This document shows, piece after piece, positions 1 through 7,511 of a stretch of 64,000 nucleotides of DNA; position 1 is the stretch's first letter, and the number at the start of each line of letters is the position of its first letter. Below the pieces are notes generated by a model. That model was not told the DNA's origin. It ran no database searches and was given only the letters and a program-made list of their open reading frames with translations. The position numbers and the translations under genes are program-made. The stretch covers positions 16,200 through 80,199 of the forward strand of contig CAVPJT010000004.1 in assembly GCA_963705485.1 (NCBI GenBank). Reading direction: 5' to 3'. This stretch comes from Ilumatobacteraceae bacterium. GTDB taxonomy: Bacteria > Actinomycetota > Acidimicrobiia > Acidimicrobiales > Ilumatobacteraceae.

Positions 1-1811
1 ACAACCAGTACGACCCGGCCCTGTACGAAGGGACGACACCGGTCGAGCCGCCGGCAACCCCCGAGGAGGGCTACCACCTCACCGAGGACCTCGCCGACCG
101 TGCGGTCGGCTGGATCCGTCAGCAGAAGGCGCTGATGCCCGACAAGCCGTTCTTCGCCTACTTCGCTCCGGGCGCGACCCATGCACCGCATCACGTTCCC
201 CAAGAGTGGGCCGACAAGTACCGGGGCCGCTTCGACGACGGTTGGGATGTGCAGCGCGAGCGCACCTTCGCCAAGCAGAAGGAACTCGGGGTGATCCCCG
301 CCGACGCCGAACTCACCGCTCGCCACGACGAGATCACGGCGTGGGACGACATGCCCGACGACTTGAAGCCGGTGCTCGCACGACAGATGGAGGTCTACGC
401 CGGCTTCCTCGAGCACACCGATCATCACGTGGGTCGGGTGATCGACGCGATCGACGACCTCGGCGTGCTCGACAACACGCTGATCTACTACATCGTCGGC
501 GACAACGGCGCGTCCGCCGAGGGCACGATGAACGGCGCGTTCAACGAGATGGCCAACTTCAACGGCATGGCCGCCCTCGAGACGATCGAGTTCATGCAGT
601 CGAAGATGGACGAGTTCGGTTCGCCCGAGTCCTACAACCACTACTCGGTCGGCTGGGCCTGGGCGATGAACACCCCGCTGCAGTGGACCAAGCAGGTCGC
701 CTCGCACTGGGGCGGGACGCGCAATGGCACGATCGTCCACTGGCCGAACGGCATCGAAGAGAAGGGTGGCCTCCGCGATCAGTTCACGCACGTGATCGAC
801 CTCGCCCCCACGATCCTCGAAGCGGCCGGGCTGCCGGAGCCGACGATGGTGAACGGCGTGCAGCAGTCGCCGATGGAGGGCACGAGCATGCTCTACACGT
901 TCAACCTGCCCGACGAGCCGGAGCGGCACGATCTGCAGTACTTCGAGATGTTCGCCAACCGTGGGATCTACCACCAGGGGTGGAGCGCCGTCACGAAGCA
1001 TCGCACGCCATGGGTCATGGTCGGTGGTGACCTTCCGCCGTTCGACGACGACGTCTGGGAGTTGTACGACGGAAGCACGGACTTCAGCCAGGCACGCGAT
1101 CTCTCGGCGGAACATCCCGAGCTGTTGGCGAAACTCCAACGGCTCTGGCTGATCGAGGCGACCAAGTACAACGTCCTGCCGATGGACGACCGCACCAGCG
1201 AGCGACTGGAACCGTCGATGGCGGGCCGACCGACACTGATCCGCGGCAATTCGCAGCTGTTCTTCCCCGGGATGGGGCGGCTGTCGGAGAACAGCGTCGT
1301 CAGCATCAAGAACAAGTCGTTCTCGGTCACCGCGGACCTCGACGTCCCCACCGGCGGCGCTTCCGGTGTGATCATCGCCCAGGGTGGCCGCTTCGGTGGC
1401 TGGGCCGTCTACGCGACCGATGGCCTGCTCAAGTTCACCTACAACGTGCTGGGTATCCAACTCTTCACGGTCACGGCAACCGAACCGATCCCCGAGGGTC
1501 ACCATCAGGTGCGCGTCGAGTTCGCCTACGACGGCGGCGGTCTCGCGAAGGGTGGCGACGTCACGCTGTACCACGACGGCAACGCCGTGGGCACCGGACG
1601 TGTCGAAGCGACGCAGCCGATGGTCTTCTCGGCCGACGAGACGACCGACATCGGTTACGAGTCCGGAACGTGTGTCTCACCGGACTACACCGTCGAGACG
1701 AGCCGCTTCACCGGCAAGCTCCACTGGGTCCAGATCGATCTCGGCGACGACGATCACGACCACTTCATCGATCCCGACGAACGACTCAGAATCGCCATGG
1801 CGCGCCAGTAG
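1..1811 (+). CDS. arylsulfatase (S1 sulfatase family), 5' end outside the window
   Basis: Frame 3 is open from nt 3 (NQYDPALYEGTTPVEPP...LMPDKPFFAYFAPGATHAPHHVPQEWADKYRGRFDDGWD). GDNGASAEG and the overall layout are typical of arylsulfatases. Stop at 1809-1811. Confidence 0.85.
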   Translation, partial: NQYDPALYEGTTPVEPPATPEEGYHLTEDLADRAVGWIRQQKALMPDKPFFAYFAPGATHAPHHVPQEWADKYRGRFDDGWDVQRERTFAKQKELGVIPADAELTARHDEITAWDDMPDDLKPVLARQMEVYAGFLEHTDHHVGRVIDAIDDLGVLDNTLIYYIVGDNGASAEGTMNGAFNEMANFNGMAALETIEFMQSKMDEFGSPESYNHYSVGWAWAMNTPLQWTKQVASHWGGTRNGTIVHWPNGIEEKGGLRDQFTHVIDLAPTILEAAGLPEPTMVNGVQQSPMEGTSMLYTFNLPDEPERHDLQYFEMFANRGIYHQGWSAVTKHRTPWVMVGGDLPPFDDDVWELYDGSTDFSQARDLSAEHPELLAKLQRLWLIEATKYNVLPMDDRTSERLEPSMAGRPTLIRGNSQLFFPGMGRLSENSVVSIKNKSFSVTADLDVPTGGASGVIIAQGGRFGGWAVYATDGLLKFTYNVLGIQLFTVTATEPIPEGHHQVRVEFAYDGGGLAKGGDVTLYHDGNAVGTGRVEATQPMVFSADETTDIGYESGTCVSPDYTVETSRFTGKLHWVQIDLGDDDHDHFIDPDERLRIAMARQ

Positions 1812-1850
1812 CGCGGTGAGCCGCACCGCCGGTACGGCGCAGGTCGTTCG

Positions 1851-2142
1851 ATGTCGCCCGCCCCGCTCCCGTTCCCGGGTCTCAACATCGAGAACTTCCC
1901 GTTCTTCGCGGTGATCGCTGCGACGGCAGATGGGTCGACGATCGTGCACGACTGGGTCTACGAGAACCGAGCGATCTACCCCACCGGCGCTGCGCCCGGC
2001 TGTCGTCATGCTGCTCGCGATGATCGCCACGCCAGGCACGTCGGTGCTGCGCAACATCTACGCCAGCAACTGCGGCCACGAGGATCTGCCTGACCGCCTC
2101 GATTCGGTCGGCGCCAACATCGAGGTCTTCCGCGGCGGCTGA
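1851..2142 (+). pseudogene. murA: 3' remnant of UDP-N-acetylglucosamine 1-carboxyvinyltransferase (MurA/EPT family), frameshifted with an internal deletion
   Basis: Two overlapping frames read FPGLNIENFPFFAVIAATADGSTIVHDWVYENRAIY and ALRPAVVMLLAMIATPGTSVLRNIYASNCGHEDLPDRLDSVGANIEVFRGG*. These match the MurA C-terminus (FPTDMQAQF..AEGT..ETVFENRF ... [48 protein letters not shown]). The N-terminal ~300 codons are absent. Confidence 0.6.
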
Positions 2143-2181
2143 GCCGCCGGGCGCCGCAGCTGCTCAGACGACTCAGGCGAC

Positions 2182-2589
2182 TCAGGCGGTGCGGGCGATG
2201 TGAAACGCGGGGATGACGCGAGGTGCGGCCGACGTGATGTACTCGCCGAACTGCGGCATCAACTCGGCCTGGGCGCGCAACTTCGCCTGCCCCTCGTCTT
2301 CGGGCAGTTCGGTGACCGTGGCGGTGAAGGACTCGGTGCCGTACTCGACGGTGATCTCCGGATGTGCCTTGAGGTTGTAGTACCAGTCGGGGCTCGTTGG
2401 GGCCCCACCTTTCGACGCAAAGACGTACAGGTCGTCGCCCTCGACGAACGCCACGAGCGGGGTCTCGCGGAGCTCACCTGACTTGGCGCCGATCGTGTGC
2501 AAGATGACCAGCGGCGCGTCGCCGAACTGAGCGGCCTTGCCGCCGTTGGCACGGAACTCGGCGATGATCTGGGCGTTCCAATCGTTCAT
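2182..2589 (-). CDS. deazaflavin (F420)-dependent nitroreductase family protein (Ddn-like, DUF385)
   Basis: MNDWNAQIIAEFRANGGK..FGDAPLVILHTIGAKSGELRETPLVAF..DLYVFASKGGAPTSPDWYYNLKAHPEITVEYG is the family signature. I prefer the ATG at 2589 over the upstream ORF start at 2625. Confidence 0.8.
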   Translation of the reverse strand: MNDWNAQIIAEFRANGGKAAQFGDAPLVILHTIGAKSGELRETPLVAFVEGDDLYVFASKGGAPTSPDWYYNLKAHPEITVEYGTESFTATVTELPEDEGQAKLRAQAELMPQFGEYITSAAPRVIPAFHIARTA

Positions 2590-2654
2590 TCCGCTGATGC
2601 TACCCAGCAATCCTTGCGAACGCAAATGATTATTGCAGTGTAATTATGTAATTA
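2590..2654. promoter_or_regulatory. AT-rich divergent intergenic region with short repeats
   Basis: An unusually AT-rich stretch in a GC-rich genome. It contains TTGCG-AA-CGCAA (2614-2625) and a tandem GTAATTA-t-GTAATTA (2640-2654), and lies between divergent gene starts. Confidence 0.3.
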
Positions 2655-3188
2655 ATGACTAGAGTGTCCGCCATGACCACCGCTGATTCCACCATCACCT
2701 CCTGGCTCCGCGGGCGTCTCCCCGACGCCTGGACCGACGAGCCCGCCCAGATCACCATCGACCGTGACGAGATCACGATCATGCTCGCGGTGGCGCCACC
2801 TGAACTCGGCGCTGATGCAACCGATGCCGATCGCGCCGAAGCCCTCGCGGGACGAGCCACGGGCTTCCGAGAGGAGACGCGCGAGGCCCGGATGCAGATC
2901 GCACGAGAGGCCGAGCACCGCTACGACCGCAAGGTCGCCTGGGGTGTCGTCGTCGGGGAGCGAAGCGAACTCTTCACCCACCTCGCCGTGCCGGTGATGA
3001 CCCGGCTGCGTCAACCCGAACGGATGGTGCTCGACACCCTCGTGGCCGCGAACGTTGCTCGGTCCCGAGCTGACGCCCTGGCCTGGTGCGTGCGTCTCGT
3101 CGGGCAGCACACCGGCGACTGGCTGACTGAGTTGCGCGATGCGATGCAGGCCGTCGAGCGACTACGCGCCGAGGGGCCCGCCGCTTGA
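2655..3188 (+). CDS. hypothetical protein
   Basis: A 177-aa ORF with protein-like composition (alternative ATG at 2673). I recognise no domain. Confidence 0.5.
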   Translation: MTRVSAMTTADSTITSWLRGRLPDAWTDEPAQITIDRDEITIMLAVAPPELGADATDADRAEALAGRATGFREETREARMQIAREAEHRYDRKVAWGVVVGERSELFTHLAVPVMTRLRQPERMVLDTLVAANVARSRADALAWCVRLVGQHTGDWLTELRDAMQAVERLRAEGPAA

Positions 3189-3209
3189 GCAGCGAGCGGC
3201 GCCGACGAC

Positions 3210-4031
3210 TCAGTTGTCGATGAACACCGAACGGGCGGTGCGTACGACGCAAGGATCGGGTTCGCCGACCACGTCATGATCCTTGAGCTCGTAGTCGAGT
3301 GAGTGCAGCACGCTGCGGATTGCTCCGAGACGGGCGCGCTTCTTCTCGTTCGAGTTGACGATGGTCCAGGGCGCCACCATCGTGTCGCTCGCCAGCAGCA
3401 TCTCGTTGCGCGCTTCGGTGTACTCGTCGTACTTCGTCACACTCACTTCGTCGATCGGCGACAGCTTCCACTGCTTGAGTGGGTCCTCGCGCCGGTCGTC
3501 GAAGCGCTGCTTCTGTCGAGTCTTCGACACCGTGAACCACAACTTGCACAGCCGGATCCCGCTGCTCACCAACGACTGCTCGAAGTCGGGAACCTGGCGG
3601 AGGAACAGCGCGTGCTCCTGCGGCGTGCAGAACTCCATCACCTTCTCGACGCCGGCGCGGTTGTACCAGGACCGGTCGAACATCGTGATCTCGCCAGCCG
3701 ACGGCAGGTGTGCGACGTAGCGCTGGAAGTACCACTGGGTGCGTTCGGCTTCCGTGGGCTTGGGAAGGGCGACGTGCTCGCCACCGCGAGGGTTGAGGTG
3801 CTCACGGAACCGTTTGATCGAGCCACCCTTGCCTGCGGCATCTCGACCCTCGAAGACGATGACGAGACGATCGCCGACGGTCTTGATGTGGCGTTGTGCC
3901 TTGAGGAGCTCGATCTGCAGGGCTTCGAGATCGCGCTCGTACACCTTCTTGTCGATCGGCTCGTCGTACGGCAGTTCGTTCTCCATCTCATCGATGGTCT
4001 CGACCGGCGACGGATCCTGCTTCTTGCTCAC
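3210..4031 (-). CDS. ppk2: polyphosphate kinase 2
   Basis: VIVFEGRDAAGKGGSIKRFREHLNPRG (Walker A) and QWYFQRYVAHLPSAGEITMFDRSWYNRAGVEKVMEFCT are classic PPK2 motifs. Confidence 0.9.
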   Translation of the reverse strand: MSKKQDPSPVETIDEMENELPYDEPIDKKVYERDLEALQIELLKAQRHIKTVGDRLVIVFEGRDAAGKGGSIKRFREHLNPRGGEHVALPKPTEAERTQWYFQRYVAHLPSAGEITMFDRSWYNRAGVEKVMEFCTPQEHALFLRQVPDFEQSLVSSGIRLCKLWFTVSKTRQKQRFDDRREDPLKQWKLSPIDEVSVTKYDEYTEARNEMLLASDTMVAPWTIVNSNEKKRARLGAIRSVLHSLDYELKDHDVVGEPDPCVVRTARSVFIDN

Positions 4032-4300
4032 GATCCTTCGATCCGTCGCTCGAAGACGAACTCGTACTCGAGGTAGTCGTTGAGGTGTTCGTTGCCGGGG
4101 AGCGGCGCGGTGAGCTGGGACGACTGCAACAGCATCCAGCCGTCGCGCAGCGCGGACACCCCGTTGGCGTAGGGCGGCTTGGCATCGGGGAGCGTCGGCC
4201 CGGTGCCGTCGCTGCCATCGTGGAACGCCCAGCCAACCGTGCCGGAGTCGAGCGCCGACCCGTTCGCCCAGAGATAGAGGACCTGCTGACGTTGCGTCAT
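4028..4300 (-). CDS. hypothetical small protein
   Basis: A 90-aa ORF whose stop overlaps the ppk2 start (ATGA at 4028-4031). No recognisable domain. Confidence 0.45.
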   Translation of the reverse strand: MTQRQQVLYLWANGSALDSGTVGWAFHDGSDGTGPTLPDAKPPYANGVSALRDGWMLLQSSQLTAPLPGNEHLNDYLEYEFVFERRIEGS

Positions 4301-4337
4301 CAGGACCCGACCAGCGCCGAGCGGCCCTCGAGCCGGG

Positions 4338-5191
4338 TCAGGTAGTGGTCGACGTCGTAGGACTGTCGTCGCCGGTCAGGTAGCGCCAGAGCTTCGAGCG
4401 TTGGACCTGCTCGTTGCGGTAGTCGGTGATGCTCATCCACGGCTGCATCGTCCGCAGGATCTGCGCCACGCTGTCGGGGAGCATCCGAGCGAAGACGTGA
4501 TCCGACGGTGGGTTCTGCAGTTCCGGCGAGGTCGTCGGTGTTCCAGAGGCGAACCTGCGGCACGGTCGGGTTGAGCCGCACCTTGTGCATCCAGCGGTCG
4601 CCGTCGCCAGGGTTCGGTTGGCCGGCGTGCCACAGCCCGTGGTGGAACACGACCACCGTGCCGGCGGGACCCGAGAACTGTTGCTCGCCGACGATGTGCT
4701 GGTACCGATCGAGGCCGGACGACCGGACTCGACGCAGGTGGCTGCCCGGCACGAATCTCGTGCCGCCCTCACCTGGTGCCACGTCGTGCGGATACCAGAA
4801 CAGCTGGACGTCGAAAGTCGGTGTCGGGCGAGTCGGTGATCGCGTCCACGTGCAGCGGCTGGGTGTAGGTGGAATGCGGCTGCAGGTGGTGGGTGAAGTC
4901 GTGGTCGAAGGTCGGGCTGGCGCCGACGAACGACTCGATGATCCCCGGCATCTGCGGCAGGCGCAGGTAGTCGCCGATCGCCGACGGCGGCGGGTAGCAC
5001 TCGTCGAGCGGTGTCCCGGTGTGCGGGCGGCTTGAGTCCGTCGGGTCCGAAACGCTCGAGTTCGAGGCGACGCATCTCGTCGATGCCACGTTCGTTGATC
5101 TCGGCGGCACGACTGCCTCGAAGCGGATGAACCCGTTGGCGACGAACTCGGCCATCTGCCGTGTCGTCAACCGGTGATCGGTACTCCCCAT
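4338..5191 (-). pseudogene. phytanoyl-CoA dioxygenase (PhyH) family protein, at least 4 frame switches
   Basis: The reading path runs across three frames. It reads MGSTDHRLTTRQMAEFVANGFIRFEAVVP / AEINERGIDEMRRLELERFGPDGLKPPAH / TGTPLDECYPPPSAIGDYLRLPQMPGIIESFVG..HVDAITDSP / GGTRFVPGSHLRRV..GTVVVFHHGLWHAGQPNPGDGDRWMHKVR / PPSDHVFARMLPDSVAQILRTMQPWMSITDYRNEQVQRSKLWRYLTG. Confidence 0.75.
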
Positions 5192-5253
5192 CGCCAGAGT
5201 GTGGCATGTGTGTCAACTGGGGTCAGACCCCAGTTGACACGCCGACGCGCAAC

Positions 5254-5580
5254 TCAGCCGGCCGCGTCGTCGCGAGCCAGCCTCACTCGGACGCCGATCG
5301 CCGCGGTCACCTGGTAGCCGGCGAGGTAGCGATCCTCCTCGTTCTCGCCGCCCCAGTAGCCGTACTCGAGATTCTCGCGGGCGAACTGTCGGCACGGCTG
5401 ACGAACGACGCAGGTGTCGCACAGCTTCGGCGCCTTGGCTTCGCGCCGGGCCCGCGCCTGGGGCCGTTCGGCGACCTTGCCGAAGAACAACTCGAGCTGG
5501 CCCTTGCACGCTGCGTACTCCTGCCACTCGACGCCTCGGGGCAGCGGCGTCTCGATCTCGGGGAGTTCGACGGCACTCAT
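5254..5580 (-). CDS. WhiB family transcriptional regulator
   Basis: Four Cys in the WhiB pattern (AACKGQ...LCDTCVVRQPC) followed by the GYWGGENEEDR turn and basic tail. Confidence 0.9.
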   Translation of the reverse strand: MSAVELPEIETPLPRGVEWQEYAACKGQLELFFGKVAERPQARARREAKAPKLCDTCVVRQPCRQFARENLEYGYWGGENEEDRYLAGYQVTAAIGVRVRLARDDAAG

Positions 5581-5669
5581 GCGGCCACCTCGCCGGATGC
5601 GGTGGTTGGCGGTGTGGGGGTGGTGCTGATGCGGATGGTGGTCATCGACGAAGATCCTTTCGGTGACGG

Positions 5670-5705
5670 GGGTCCGGCGCCGACGGGAGGATCGGCGCCG
5701 GACCC
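5670..5705 (-). terminator. GC-rich hairpin just downstream of the rhodopsin stop codon
   Basis: A perfect 14-bp inverted repeat, GGGTCCGGCGCCGA (5670-5683) / TCGGCGCCGGACCC (5692-5705), with an 8-nt loop. It starts 13 nt after the stop at 5719-5721. There is no U-tract. Confidence 0.5.
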
Positions 5706-5718
5706 GATTCAGGGGAGG

Positions 5719-6537
5719 TCAGCTCGATGCGAGTTCGCTCGCATCGTCGGGGACGATCAGCTCGGGATCTTCGTCCATGGCAGGTGCGTAACCGTCGGCC
5801 CGGGACTTGGCGAGGGCGATGGCCAACACCAGGAGTCCGAACAACGGCTTGGCGAGCACGTCGGCGATCGAGTAGCCGACCTGGCGGACGACCTCGGCCG
5901 TGGCTTCGTCGTTGATGATGCTCGGGGCCATGTAGGCCAGCGGGTACACGCCCCACGTCGCGAGCACGATGTAGCGGAGGCCGTCGACGAGCTTGCGGAC
6001 CTGTGGGCTCTGGCGGTCGAGCGACTTGCCGAGCTCGACGAAGAGCACGTACAGGATGTAGAGGAAGGGGATCGTCGAGGCGACGCCCCACACCGTGCGA
6101 GCGGTCGAGTCCGCCGCCGCGAGTTCGCCCGGCCAGCCGAGCAGGATCATCGCCACCGCAGCGCCCGTGAGTCGGACGAGGAGGCTCCGTGTGGTGCTCT
6201 TGTTGAGTTTGAGCACGATGACCAGCTCCGCCAGGAGGAGCGGCACCGTCAGCAGCCAGTCGACGTATCGGTAGCCCTCGTTGAAGGGTGCGCCGGTCTG
6301 GATGAACTCGCCGTCGACGAAGTCGAAGGCACTCGAGAACGAGTCGAAGATCCTGACGTAGTGGTAGAAGGCGATCGCCACGACGAGCGTGGACAGGGTG
6401 ACCGCCATGCGATGGCGGGGCGCCACCTTCGACCTGACGAGCAGGAAGAAGAGGAAGGCTGCGCCCATACAGGCGATGACGAACGAGAACGAGTTGTAGA
6501 CGAGGTTGAACTGGTTCTCACTCAGGACGAGATCCAT
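5719..6537 (-). CDS. microbial (type I) rhodopsin, xanthorhodopsin/actinorhodopsin-like light-driven proton pump
   Basis: FNEGYRYVDWLLTVPLLLAELVIVL gives the D/T/E motif with Leu at the spectral-tuning site. AFYHYV keeps the conserved His. YSIADVLAKPLFG carries the counter-ion Asp and the Schiff-base Lys. Seven hydrophobic helices are present. An AAGGAG Shine-Dalgarno sits 6 nt before the ATG at 6537. Confidence 0.9.
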   Translation of the reverse strand: MDLVLSENQFNLVYNSFSFVIACMGAAFLFFLLVRSKVAPRHRMAVTLSTLVVAIAFYHYVRIFDSFSSAFDFVDGEFIQTGAPFNEGYRYVDWLLTVPLLLAELVIVLKLNKSTTRSLLVRLTGAAVAMILLGWPGELAAADSTARTVWGVASTIPFLYILYVLFVELGKSLDRQSPQVRKLVDGLRYIVLATWGVYPLAYMAPSIINDEATAEVVRQVGYSIADVLAKPLFGLLVLAIALAKSRADGYAPAMDEDPELIVPDDASELASS

Positions 6538-6575
6538 GACGTGCTCCTTGCGGTAGGGCTGCTCGGGTGGCAACC

Positions 6576-6615
6576 GACACTGCAAGGTTAGCGATGTTTA
6601 GCAGTAATTAGCTCA
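6576..6615. promoter_or_regulatory. four 10-bp-phased direct repeats (candidate operator) in the rhodopsin/regulator divergent spacer
   Basis: GGTTAGCGAT GTTTAGCAGT AATTAGCTCA ATTCAGCACT. The TTAGC cores are at 6578, 6588 and 6598, and TCAGC is at 6608. The element lies in a locally AT-rich 115-bp spacer. Confidence 0.45.
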
Positions 6616-6652
6616 ATTCAGCACTAATAAAAATCACCGGTAGTGTGGCCCG

Positions 6653-7511
6653 GTGGACGACGAGCCCTTGGACCTCCAGCGCGCCGCCGACGAACTCGGT
6701 GTCCACTATCAGACCGCCTACCGGTGGGTTCGCACCGGCAAGTTGCCCGCGCAGCTCGTCGACGGCCGCTACCAGGTGACACGAGACGACATCGGCGACG
6801 ATCTCGGCTCGCCGGTCGGCACCGCAGGCGCCCACACCGCCGACCGCGAAACGGACGGCCCGCGCGGCCGAGCGCATGCACCGTGCGCTGGTCGAGGGAG
6901 ACGAGGCGACCGTTCGGACCATCGCCCACGGTCTCATCGACGAGGGGGCATCGATCGTCGACGTCATCCAGCAGGTGCTCGTCCCGCCGCTCGTCCGCAT
7001 CGGCGCCGACTGGCATGCCGGCTTGCTGACGATCTGGGTCGAGCATCGTGCGTCAGCGATCGTCGAGCGTCTCCTCGGCGGGATCGCGCCGAATCCGCGC
7101 GGCCGACGGCGGGGCACGGTGATGGTGGCCGCCGTCACGGGTGACCTGCATTCGTTGCCGTCATCGATGGCGGCCGTGGCGCTGCGCGCCGACAACTGGT
7201 GGGTGGAACACCTCGGCGCGAACATGCCACCCGACGAACTCGTCCGCTTCTGTGCCGAGCATCCGGTCGATGTGGCGGTGCTGTCGTCGACCAACCCCGA
7301 CACCGCCGCACTCGCCGCCGACACCGCTGACCGACTCCGCGCCGCGGGGGTCGGCGTGGTGCTCGGCGGTCCGGGCCGCACCCTCGACGATCTGCTCAGC
7401 GAGGTTCGGGCGGCTGCACGCCCGGTCGGCCGAGCACGGCTGACGAGCACGAGTACCGCCGGCGCCCGTCAGCCTGCCGGAGCCGTCAGCTCGTCTGGGT
7501 GCCCACCTTGA
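6653..7511 (+). pseudogene. HTH (excisionase/MerR-like) + cobalamin-binding domain regulator, CarH/LitR-like, with one frame switch near 6794
   Basis: The N-terminus LDLQRAADELGVHYQTAYRWVRTGKLPAQLVDGRYQVTRDDI is an HTH_17-type domain. After one extra base the frame continues ATISARR...MHRALVEGDEATVRTIAHGLIDEGASIVDVIQQVLVPPLVRIGADWHAGLLTIWVEHRAS (Wx9EH). It then reads VMVAAVTGDLHSLPSSMAAVALRADNWWVEHLGANMPPDEL..VDVAVLSS, a B12 Rossmann fold with the axial His. Confidence 0.75.

Noticed and set aside
2169-2186. Tandem 9-bp duplication CGACTCAGG x2 at the 3' end of the Ddn-like gene
   Set aside because: It is real in the sequence, but it merely creates a second in-frame stop 9 nt downstream. It has no further structure and is judged trivial.
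5161-6591. 476-aa plus-strand ORF
   Set aside because: It is antisense to the whiB and rhodopsin genes. It has no motifs and is a shadow ORF.
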